A stretch of DNA of 64,000 nucleotides. Origin: Candidatus Enterousia sp. (GTDB lineage Bacteria; Pseudomonadota; Alphaproteobacteria; Rs-D84). Both the position numbers and the translations under genes were made by a program. Every line of letters starts with the position of its first letter. The stretch's first letter is position 1. This document shows positions 18,012-25,172 of this stretch, piece by piece. Below the pieces are notes generated by a model. The model did no database searches and was not told the origin of the DNA. It saw only the letters and a program-made list of their open reading frames with translations. The stretch spans positions 2,105 through 66,104 of the forward strand of contig JAZONN010000005.1 in assembly GCA_045654485.1 (NCBI GenBank). The letters are read 5' to 3'.

Positions 18012-18764
18012 CTAATTTGAATAATTGCACTGCTGTGAAATTGAGTATTTGTCATTATTAGATGTCGTGCCTGTGCTGCCGGCCTTGATATAGCAATCAG
18101 TTATAGCGGTTGATCCGGCGTTTGAAGAACCGGCTATACCGTCTTGGTATGGGCATCCGGAACAGCCCGAACATTGAATGCCGGTACTTTGTTTAATGGA
18201 ACATGATGGTGTGCCGTATGAATTGGCGGCACATCTCCGTTCGGTTGTATATTCACACTTGCAATCTGTATCTGCTGTGCAGGTTGGGACTGTTCGTTCT
18301 TCGTATCTGGATAGTGCAGATGTAGTTCCAGATGATGTCCACGCTGTTGCTGGGGTACATGTGCTACATTCAGAGCCAATAACAATATCGCAATTTTTAA
18401 AAATGTCTGGGTCGATGGTAGGGCCGCTGCCGCCGCCGCCAACGGTACCACAACTGGCCACACGGGTTACATTGCTGCATATGCTAGATACAGATGTATT
18501 TGAATTACAGCTGCCGCAGTCGCTGTATGTTTCAATGGGCTGCATATATGTTGTTCCGTTAGAAGTATAGGTATAGCATTTTTGTGTGACTGTGCCGCCA
18601 CACGCGGTGCCGGTGCTTGTTACCCCTGTGGTCAGTACTGATTCTTTAACCTTGGTTACATAATGATCCATGTTGGAATTGCAGGATATTTCGGTGCAGG
18701 TATATGCATACGCGTTGATAGAATATATCAAAGATGCAATCAGAGAGATAAAGTATTTGTTCAT
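18012..18764 (-). CDS. Secreted Cys/Ser/Thr/Gly-rich protein of unknown function (250 aa)
   Basis: Strong SD AAGGAGG and signal peptide MNKYFISLIASLIYSINAYA. The mature part has about 21 Cys, including CSGCSGC, CKC and CGSC clusters. No enzymatic motif seen. Confidence 0.75.
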   Translation of the reverse strand: MNKYFISLIASLIYSINAYAYTCTEISCNSNMDHYVTKVKESVLTTGVTSTGTACGGTVTQKCYTYTSNGTTYMQPIETYSDCGSCNSNTSVSSICSNVTRVASCGTVGGGGSGPTIDPDIFKNCDIVIGSECSTCTPATAWTSSGTTSALSRYEERTVPTCTADTDCKCEYTTERRCAANSYGTPSCSIKQSTGIQCSGCSGCPYQDGIAGSSNAGSTAITDCYIKAGSTGTTSNNDKYSISQQCNYSN

Positions 18765-18822
18765 AAAACTGCCTCCTTTAAGTTGAAGAATAGTTTAATC
18801 AAAACAATATTTCAATAAAAAA

Positions 18823-19272
18823 TTATTCACCGATTTTTAGATTTGGGCGCGTGGTTTTCAAATTGTTCAATGATTTTTCCTGTACGGCACGGAATGCGTC
18901 CGGATTCCATATTTGAAAACTGTTTCCACGTCCAACGAATACAGCGGAATCTGTAATGCCTGCGTGTTTTAAAAGGTCAGATGGGATAACAACACGCCCG
19001 GTTACATCAAATGCCAATTGGCGTGCGTCGGCAAACAACATAGCGGTCAAATCGTCCAATTCGCTGTCGAATACGCCCATTTTATCGGTTGCGCTGGCCA
19101 TCTGTTCCATGCGGGACATGGTAAGGCCTTCTATACAATTATTTGTAAAAGAACGGAACAGAATAACGCCGGCAAAATCTTCTTTTGAAATTGCCGCACG
19201 AAAGGAAGCGGGTACAGAAATTCGCCCTTTGGTATCCAACCGATTTTCATAAGATGAGAGAAATAATGCCAT
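18823..19272 (-). CDS. mraZ: Transcriptional regulator MraZ
   Basis: The N-terminus reads MALFLSSYENRLDTKGRISVPASFRAAI, and a second SpoVT/AbrB-like half contains DVTGRVVIPSDLLKHAGI. This is the typical MraZ duplication. Confidence 0.93.
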   Translation of the reverse strand: MALFLSSYENRLDTKGRISVPASFRAAISKEDFAGVILFRSFTNNCIEGLTMSRMEQMASATDKMGVFDSELDDLTAMLFADARQLAFDVTGRVVIPSDLLKHAGITDSAVFVGRGNSFQIWNPDAFRAVQEKSLNNLKTTRPNLKIGE

Positions 19273-19327
19273 TTTATGATAAAACTTGGGTTAATTTTTT
19301 TACCTTTTTCCTTTCTGCGTCAATGGG

Positions 19328-19356
19328 AATGTAGCACGGGATTTTATGGTTGTCAA
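19328..19356 (-). promoter_or_regulatory. Putative mraZ promoter (TTGACA-N17-TACATT) embedded in a palindrome
   Basis: The minus strand reads TTGACAaccataaaatcccgtgcTACATT. The -35 box is part of the palindrome TTGTCA-A-TGACAA (19350-19362). Confidence 0.45.
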
Positions 19357-19448
19357 TGACAATTTGATGTTTTTTTATGGGAAATTATGGTTTTTTGAAC
19401 AGAAAATAATTTTTTTTTAAATAAAATGAAAATAAATGCATTTTATGC

Positions 19449-19478
19449 TTGACCTGCGATTCGTTTTTGTTCTAAGAT
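19449..19478 (+). promoter_or_regulatory. Putative promoter (TTGACC-N18-TAAGAT) for the 112-aa gene
   Basis: Motif match only. It implies a ~170-nt 5' UTR containing an 18-bp interrupted hairpin (19569-19617). Confidence 0.4.
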
Positions 19479-19653
19479 GTTTGTATAGACAAGCAAGGGA
19501 AAAAGAAATTGCCCAGAAATCTGCGAAAAAGCCGGTTTTTTGGGAAAAACAACAAAGAATTAACAAAGCTGTCTAATTAAAATGTAAATACCGACGTATT
19601 TACAGAAAATTAGACAGAAAACAATAACAAATGCCCGAAAGGAGGGGACGCAC

Positions 19654-19992
19654 ATGCCAAAAAATATCAAAGAAATTATGATTGCTCTGAACCAAGTATT
19701 AACAACAACGGTTTGGGTTAACGAAGATCGTCAAATCGTATCGTTGGCGGATGAATTGAAAATTGGCATGAATAACACTCCACGTTCAATCGAAGATTTG
19801 TCTCGCCCATCATTGGTTGGTGCGTATGTATCATTACAAATTCGTACCGACAATTTCGATATTGCGGCCGAAACATTGGAAACAAAAACATTGGCATTGC
19901 GTGTCAAAGAAATGGTCTTTGCCGAAGCAAAAAAGATTATGGACGCAGCCGATGCAACCGTTACAACGTCAGACGTTGCAATTGCGGCATAA
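19654..19992 (+). CDS. Hypothetical soluble protein (112 aa)
   Basis: Very strong SD aaaggagggga and a clean terminator downstream. No family recognised. Confidence 0.65.
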   Translation: MPKNIKEIMIALNQVLTTTVWVNEDRQIVSLADELKIGMNNTPRSIEDLSRPSLVGAYVSLQIRTDNFDIAAETLETKTLALRVKEMVFAEAKKIMDAADATVTTSDVAIAA

Positions 19993-20054
19993 TTGCTGTG
20001 CTATAAATCGTGCGTACTGATAACACAGTTTCCGGATAACCGGAAGGAAGGGAG

Positions 20055-20088
20055 CCACCGTCAACATTTGTTGGCGGTGATTTTTTTT
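20055..20088 (+). terminator. Intrinsic terminator
   Basis: The sequence caccgtcaaca-tt-tgttggcggtg is followed by T8. Confidence 0.8.
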
Positions 20089-20161
20089 GGGGGAATTCAT
20101 ACCTGATGACATATTGTTGGGTGTTATGCAAAATAATATCGTATAACCCAAAGGATATGAT

Positions 20162-20674
20162 ATGTTCAAAAGATCAAAAATTTGTATAACTGTACTGTCT
20201 TTATATGAAATCGTCGCAGTATGTTGGCTTTATTGGCCGGTGACATGTGATGCAGTTTTAGGGCGTACGTTTTGTATGTCTGGATTTCGGTATTTTGTAT
20301 TCTGTGCGGCATTACCGATTATTGTAATGTTGGCGTGGATGTGGATTGCATCTGCGGTACGTGCCCATCGTCGCCGTCGCTTTATCCGTCGTGCCAAAGG
20401 TGCTTTGCATGGCTTGATTTCCGGCATTCGTGGTCGTGTTATGGAAAATATATCGGCCGCAGATATTGAACGCTTGCTGATTGCAGGCGCACTGTTTGCG
20501 ATTCAGCGTTACATTAACCGTCATCCAAATCTGCAACGTGATATCAATAACGTTATGGATTTGGCGGATGGGACAATTGACATGTCGGAATTTTCTGCGT
20601 CTGAAACATTGCGTGCGGCGCGTCGCAAACCGCGGCGCCCAGAATCCAACCGTACATCACGCCGTACCAAATAA
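20162..20674 (+). CDS. Hypothetical membrane protein with Arg-rich segments (170 aa)
   Basis: Two N-terminal TM segments, an RRRRFIRR stretch and a basic C-terminus. No family recognised. Confidence 0.55.
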   Translation: MFKRSKICITVLSLYEIVAVCWLYWPVTCDAVLGRTFCMSGFRYFVFCAALPIIVMLAWMWIASAVRAHRRRRFIRRAKGALHGLISGIRGRVMENISAADIERLLIAGALFAIQRYINRHPNLQRDINNVMDLADGTIDMSEFSASETLRAARRKPRRPESNRTSRRTK

Positions 20675-20677
20675 TTG

Positions 20678-20701
20678 AACCGCCTTTTGGCGGTTTTTTT
20701 G
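20678..20701 (+). terminator. Intrinsic terminator
   Basis: AACCGCCttttGGCGGTTttttt. Confidence 0.8.
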
Positions 20702-20715
20702 ATGTTAATAAAAAC

Positions 20716-20743
20716 TTGCAATCATATAAAATTACTGTATAAT
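20716..20743 (+). promoter_or_regulatory. Putative rpsA promoter (TTGCAA-N16-TATAAT)
   Basis: The plus strand reads cTTGCAAtcatataaaattactgTATAAT. Motif match only. Confidence 0.45.
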
Positions 20744-20846
20744 TCCAAACGATTTTGCGGGTGGGCGCAAAGTCAGTCCGAATAACCCCACAAGACCTCG
20801 CTGTTTTAATAATATTGGCGACGGCAAACTTTGATGAAAATTTCTT

Positions 20847-22535
20847 ATGAAAGATTTATCCAAAGATTTATTTAACCCAGTATCCGGCGAAGATTTCGTC
20901 CAGATGTTCGATGCGAACTATGGTTCCCAAGAAACTTTGCAGGGCTATGCAACCAAAGGTACAGTCAAAGACATTCGCGGTGATTTTGCGATGGTTGACG
21001 TTGGCCTGAAATCCGAAGGTCGTGTTCCATTAAAAGAATTCGGCGCATCTGTTCCATCTGTTGGCGATATTATCGACGTTTTTGTTGAACGTTATGAATC
21101 CCGTGAAGGTACGGCGGTTCTGTCATATGCCAAAGCACGTGCAGAAAAAGCATGGAAGGACTTGGAAAAAACAGTTGCCGAAGGCGTCGACCCAGAAGGT
21201 ACAATTATCGAAGTTGTTCGTGGTGGTTTCACTGTTGACATCAATGGCGTATTTGCATTTATGCCATCGTCTCAGGTTGATCATAAACCAATCCGCGATG
21301 CAAAATCTTTGATTGGCTTAAAAGATAAATTCCGCGTATTGAAAATGGATGCATTGCGTACAAACGCAATTGTATCACGTCGTGCGATTCAATCTGATAC
21401 AATCGCTGCTGCACAACGTGAAGCGATGAAAAATATCGAATTGGGTGCGGTTATCGAAGGTACAGTTAAAAACATCACAGATTATGGTGTGTTCATTGAC
21501 TTGGGCGGCATCGATGGTTTGTTGCACGTAACTGACTTGTCTTGGAAACGTGTTAATCACCCACGTGAATTGGTACATGTTGGCGAAAAAATCAAAGTCA
21601 AAGTTATCCAATTCGACCCAGAATCACATCGTATTTCTTTGGGTGCAAAACAATTGGAAGAAGATCCATGGGAAACAGCATCTCGTGCATTCAATGTTGG
21701 CGACACAGTATCGGGCAAAGTTTCATCTTTGACAGATTACGGTGCGTTCATCGACTTGGGCAATAATATCGAGGGCTTGGTACACATGTCTGAATTGTCT
21801 TGGACAAACAAGAACATCCACCCAAGCAAAGTGTTGCAAAACGGCCAAGATGTAAACGTTATCGTTTTGGGTATCGACCAAGACAAACGTCGTATCTCTT
21901 TGGGCTACAAACAATTGCAACCAAATCCATGGAAACAATTTGCAGAAACCCACAACGTTGGTGATGTAATCACAGGCCCAATCAAAAACACAACTGAATT
22001 CGGTTTGTTTGTGGCTTTGACATCTGAATTGGATGGTATGGTTCACATCTCTGACCTGTCTTGGAACAAATTGGACGAAGAAGAATTGAAAAAATTCGTT
22101 CGTGGCCAAGAAGTAACTGCGAAAATTTTGGATATCAATCCAGAAAAAGAACGTGTTACATTGGGTATCAAACAATTGACAGAAAGTGCCGAAAACAACG
22201 CTGCTTCTATCAAGAAGGGTGCGGTTGTATGTGGTACAGTTTCCGAAGTTACACCTGATGAATTGGTTTTGACATTGGCGGGCGATGTACGTGGTGTTAT
22301 CCGTCGTACTGATCTGTCACGTGAAAAATCTGAACAGGATACAGGCAAATTTAACATTGGCGATTCCGTAGAAGCATCTGTTGTTTCTGTCGAAGACAAC
22401 ACTGTTAAATTGTCTATCCGTGCATTACAGGTGACATTGGAAAAGCAAGCGGTCAAAGAATTCTCGAACGAAGCAGACAGTGGTTCTGTTTTGGGCGACA
22501 TCTTGGGCGCTGCTATCGAAAACAGCAAAAAATAA
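20847..22535 (+). CDS. rpsA: 30S ribosomal protein S1
   Basis: Six S1 (OB-fold) repeats are visible, for example GAVIEGTVKNITDYGVFIDLGGIDGLLHVTDLSW. Confidence 0.97.
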   Translation: MKDLSKDLFNPVSGEDFVQMFDANYGSQETLQGYATKGTVKDIRGDFAMVDVGLKSEGRVPLKEFGASVPSVGDIIDVFVERYESREGTAVLSYAKARAEKAWKDLEKTVAEGVDPEGTIIEVVRGGFTVDINGVFAFMPSSQVDHKPIRDAKSLIGLKDKFRVLKMDALRTNAIVSRRAIQSDTIAAAQREAMKNIELGAVIEGTVKNITDYGVFIDLGGIDGLLHVTDLSWKRVNHPRELVHVGEKIKVKVIQFDPESHRISLGAKQLEEDPWETASRAFNVGDTVSGKVSSLTDYGAFIDLGNNIEGLVHMSELSWTNKNIHPSKVLQNGQDVNVIVLGIDQDKRRISLGYKQLQPNPWKQFAETHNVGDVITGPIKNTTEFGLFVALTSELDGMVHISDLSWNKLDEEELKKFVRGQEVTAKILDINPEKERVTLGIKQLTESAENNAASIKKGAVVCGTVSEVTPDELVLTLAGDVRGVIRRTDLSREKSEQDTGKFNIGDSVEASVVSVEDNTVKLSIRALQVTLEKQAVKEFSNEADSGSVLGDILGAAIENSKK

Positions 22536-22557
22536 TTTATACATCTATGAATTGTTT

Positions 22558-22590
22558 CACCGTTTGGCGACTTGCCGAACGGTGTTTTTT
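22558..22590 (+). terminator. Intrinsic terminator after rpsA
   Basis: The sequence caccgtttggc-gact-tgccgaacggtg is followed by T6. Confidence 0.8.
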
Positions 22591-22627
22591 ATGTTAAAAT
22601 TAATTGTGTATTATGGGGGTGGCAAAT

Positions 22628-23188
22628 ATGGCGCACAAACCAGATTTAATTGTTATGATGGGTGGCCAAGGTGTTGGCAAAGGTACTTTCTCGAAAATGT
22701 TAATGGAACGTCGCGATTATGATCATATCGAAGTCGGGGCGATTTTGCGAACAATGCCGGCGGATTCGGAAATCGGTCGTACGATTGCGGGTGGAAATCT
22801 GGTGCCGGATGAATTGCTGTTTGATATGATGCGTGAACGTATATCGAATACCCGTGACACTATTTTGGACGGTTTTCCACGTAAATTAACTCAGGCCCAA
22901 TGGCTGGTTGAAACCTATGCCACGACACATAATGTGCATGTTTTATATCTGCATGTTCCCGAAAATGTTTTGATTGCCCGTATTAACAAGCGTATTCGTG
23001 AAGGTGGCAATCGTGCCGACGATGCAAATCCCGATGTAATTCGTCGCAGGTTGGAATTATATCGCACGGTCACAATGCCTGCGATTGAATGGTTGCGCAC
23101 CGCACCACACATTAAATTTTCATATATAAATGCCGACGGCGATGTTCGTGACAATTTTGCAGAAATCATCACCGCCTTGCGACCTTAA
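22628..23188 (+). CDS. adk: Adenylate kinase-family nucleoside monophosphate kinase (short, lid-less type)
   Basis: P-loop GGQGVGKGT, NMP-binding segment GAILR...GNLVPDEL, ILDGFPRKLTQAQ and the short lid RADDANPDVIRRRLELY. ATG 22628 is preceded by GGGGGTGG. Confidence 0.8.
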   Translation: MAHKPDLIVMMGGQGVGKGTFSKMLMERRDYDHIEVGAILRTMPADSEIGRTIAGGNLVPDELLFDMMRERISNTRDTILDGFPRKLTQAQWLVETYATTHNVHVLYLHVPENVLIARINKRIREGGNRADDANPDVIRRRLELYRTVTMPAIEWLRTAPHIKFSYINADGDVRDNFAEIITALRP

Positions 23189-23194
23189 ATATTA

Positions 23195-24880
23195 TTAATT
23201 TTCTGATTTTTGTTTGCCAATGCCATAGGTATCTTTGTTGATAATTAAATTTCCTGTGGTGGCCCCTACTGCACCAACGCCACCAACAACCGCACCTGCG
23301 GTAATATAATTTTTAGATTTTTTTGTCTGTTCTGCCCATGCGGTTGCATCTGGGCCATTTGGGTCTAAAACAGCGCGCGCCAAAGATGTATACATACCCG
23401 TTCTTTGGCCTGATGACACGTCGTCATATAATCCAGATGTTGCAGAATTTAATATTGGTTCGCTTTCAATGCCACGTGGTAATCCCAATTGTTCTTTGTG
23501 TGTTTTTACGTTGTTTGCCAAAGTCACATATTCTGCATATAAATTGACCAATTCATCTGAAATGGGCAACGTGGTTGGTTGTGTGTCGTATTTAGTATTA
23601 TTATCGTTACCGTATTTGCATTGAAAAGTTGCGACATAGTTCTCCATTTGGGCCATTGCTTTTTCATCGGCATTTTTTTCTGCTATTCCCATTCCTAACA
23701 TCATACCGCCTGCACCGGTGGCTGCTATTGACGCGCCACCTAAAATTTTATTGGCATTTCTTTGTTCGTTCGCAAGTGCACGTTCATAGTTTTCCCTTAA
23801 TTTTTCATAATCGTTTGCGACGCTCAGCATGGTTAGAAATTCTCTGTTGTTCATATTTTCTGCGCCACTTGCGGGCTTATTTAATCCGCTGGTTTGTTCC
23901 GCTTCTGTTAATTGTTGCCTTTGGGCGTCCAAATCTGCTTGGGTTTCTTCGTCGCTTGGTTCGTATGTTGGTGCCGTTGGACGTTTAATTTGTTTCATTT
24001 CTGCCAATGCATCGACAAATTCGTTTGTTCGTATCCCAAGTGGTGTGTATACATCGTCTTCATAACTATCTATTCCACCATGTATAATTCCATGTAATGT
24101 CCCACCGTAAAAGTATGGGCCGCCGGAATCACCGTGCCATGTATCACATGTTGAAATAAATTTGCCACGCTGATTTATATACTTATTTTTCAATATCCCC
24201 AAACTGTTTATTTGTGGGATTTCGATTATTTCACAATTTATGTGTGCTTTTAATTTGAATTCCCATTCGCCGGGTTCTTTGCTGTTGGGAACACGGCTGT
24301 CGTCCAAATAAATGTTGTATTTATCGCGTACAATCGGTCTGATGGCCTTGTACACAGTCAAATAATCGTCGTTTGGTCTGTTTTTTGCCTGATCCATAAA
24401 AACTTTCTTGCACTGGTTAATTTGTTCTTCGCTTAATATGGCCAGTGATGAAAAACCTGCTGTTGTGACAGTCCTTTTTGTTGTTTTTTCTGCAACGTCA
24501 AAGAAATCGGACCGGTGCAGGTTTGGGTCGTATAAGCGCAATAGTGCCCAATCAGCATGGGCCATATTTTGTCCATATTTTTCCAACGTTGCTTTGCCAC
24601 GTTTATTATCGTGTGTCCATATATCAAACTCCTTGCCTATTTTTACATAGTTATCAAAGTTTGGATTTTCGGTCACGCAATGTCGTGCGGTCAAAATAAT
24701 ATCTGGTGCAACATATTCTGCGGTACATGTGCCTGTTGGTGATGGATAAAAATATACGATTTTATTATATGGTGGTTGGCTCCAATCTACGTATTCTCGT
24801 TCATCGGTACTGCCTATATTTGCATATGTGCATGTGCTGTACAGGATTAGAATAGCAGATATTGCTATTTTTTTTGTCAT
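23195..24880 (-). CDS. Secreted trypsin-like (S1 family) serine protease with ~260-aa C-terminal extension containing two Gly-zipper hydrophobic segments
   Basis: Signal peptide MTKKIAISAILILYSTCTYA. Catalytic His context ILTARHCV and catalytic Ser context CDTWHGDSGGPYF. The C-terminal part has an acidic/coiled linker plus GGASIAATGAGGMMLGMGIA and AGAVVGGVGAVGATTG. I prefer ATG 24880, with GGGGA 9 nt upstream. In-frame alternatives are ATG 24889 and the ORF-track start at 24961. Confidence 0.85.
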   Translation of the reverse strand: MTKKIAISAILILYSTCTYANIGSTDEREYVDWSQPPYNKIVYFYPSPTGTCTAEYVAPDIILTARHCVTENPNFDNYVKIGKEFDIWTHDNKRGKATLEKYGQNMAHADWALLRLYDPNLHRSDFFDVAEKTTKRTVTTAGFSSLAILSEEQINQCKKVFMDQAKNRPNDDYLTVYKAIRPIVRDKYNIYLDDSRVPNSKEPGEWEFKLKAHINCEIIEIPQINSLGILKNKYINQRGKFISTCDTWHGDSGGPYFYGGTLHGIIHGGIDSYEDDVYTPLGIRTNEFVDALAEMKQIKRPTAPTYEPSDEETQADLDAQRQQLTEAEQTSGLNKPASGAENMNNREFLTMLSVANDYEKLRENYERALANEQRNANKILGGASIAATGAGGMMLGMGIAEKNADEKAMAQMENYVATFQCKYGNDNNTKYDTQPTTLPISDELVNLYAEYVTLANNVKTHKEQLGLPRGIESEPILNSATSGLYDDVSSGQRTGMYTSLARAVLDPNGPDATAWAEQTKKSKNYITAGAVVGGVGAVGATTGNLIINKDTYGIGKQKSEN

Positions 24881-24903
24881 TCGTGTCATCCCCACATCGG
24901 TAC

Positions 24904-24934
24904 AAAAATAAAACCGCCATTGGGAAATGGCGGT
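24904..24934 (-). terminator. Intrinsic terminator inside the protease leader
   Basis: The minus strand reads ACCGCCATTtcccAATGGCGGTtttattttt. It ends about 24 nt before the protease ATG. Confidence 0.8.
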
Positions 24935-25121
24935 CGGGGTGTTCGAAAAGTCATTACACAAATAACCCCGTTGCTTTCAATATATAACAACGGCACCCCG
25001 ACCGTATATGGTGGGGTAAAAATAACGGTGCGAACGGCACCGATATTACATCGGATTACGATGCTTTCGCACCGTGTGTAATGGGCTTTTCGAAGGCCCG
25101 AACCCAAATCCCTTTGGATTC
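24935..25121 (-). promoter_or_regulatory. Structured leader RNA (riboswitch-like aptamer candidate plus antiterminator) upstream of the protease gene
   Basis: An 18-bp closing helix pairs 25075-25083 with 24952-24960 and 25086-25094 with 24942-24950. Internal helices pair 25066-25074 with 25026-25034 and 24988-24993 with 24968-24973. An 11-nt perfect complement (24994-25004 versus 24931-24941) competes with the terminator stem. Confidence 0.6.
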
Positions 25122-25127
25122 AGGCAT

Positions 25128-25156
25128 ATTATACAATAAAAAAACATAAAATTCAA
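25128..25156 (-). promoter_or_regulatory. Putative promoter (TTGAAT-N17-TATAAT) of the leader/protease transcript
   Basis: The minus strand reads aaTTGAATtttatgtttttttattgTATAATatg. Confidence 0.5.
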
Positions 25157-25172
25157 TTGTGGTAATAAAAAA

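Noticed and set aside
18134-18570. ORFs 18134-18463 (-) and 18178-18570 (+) overlapping the Cys-rich protein gene.
   Set aside because: They are alternative frames of the same region. Only the 18012-18764 frame has a strong SD, a signal peptide and a terminator.
24886-25107. A 73-aa minus-strand ORF within the protease leader, and the alternative that 24904-25121 is a free-standing sRNA such as 6S RNA.
   Set aside because: The ORF has no SD, begins at a non-ATG codon and runs through the terminator and into the protease start region. A 6S-like long hairpin was considered because of the 18-bp closing helix. The terminator abutting the protease start and the mutually exclusive 11-nt pairing fit a cis-acting attenuator better. 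A trans-acting sRNA is not strictly excluded.
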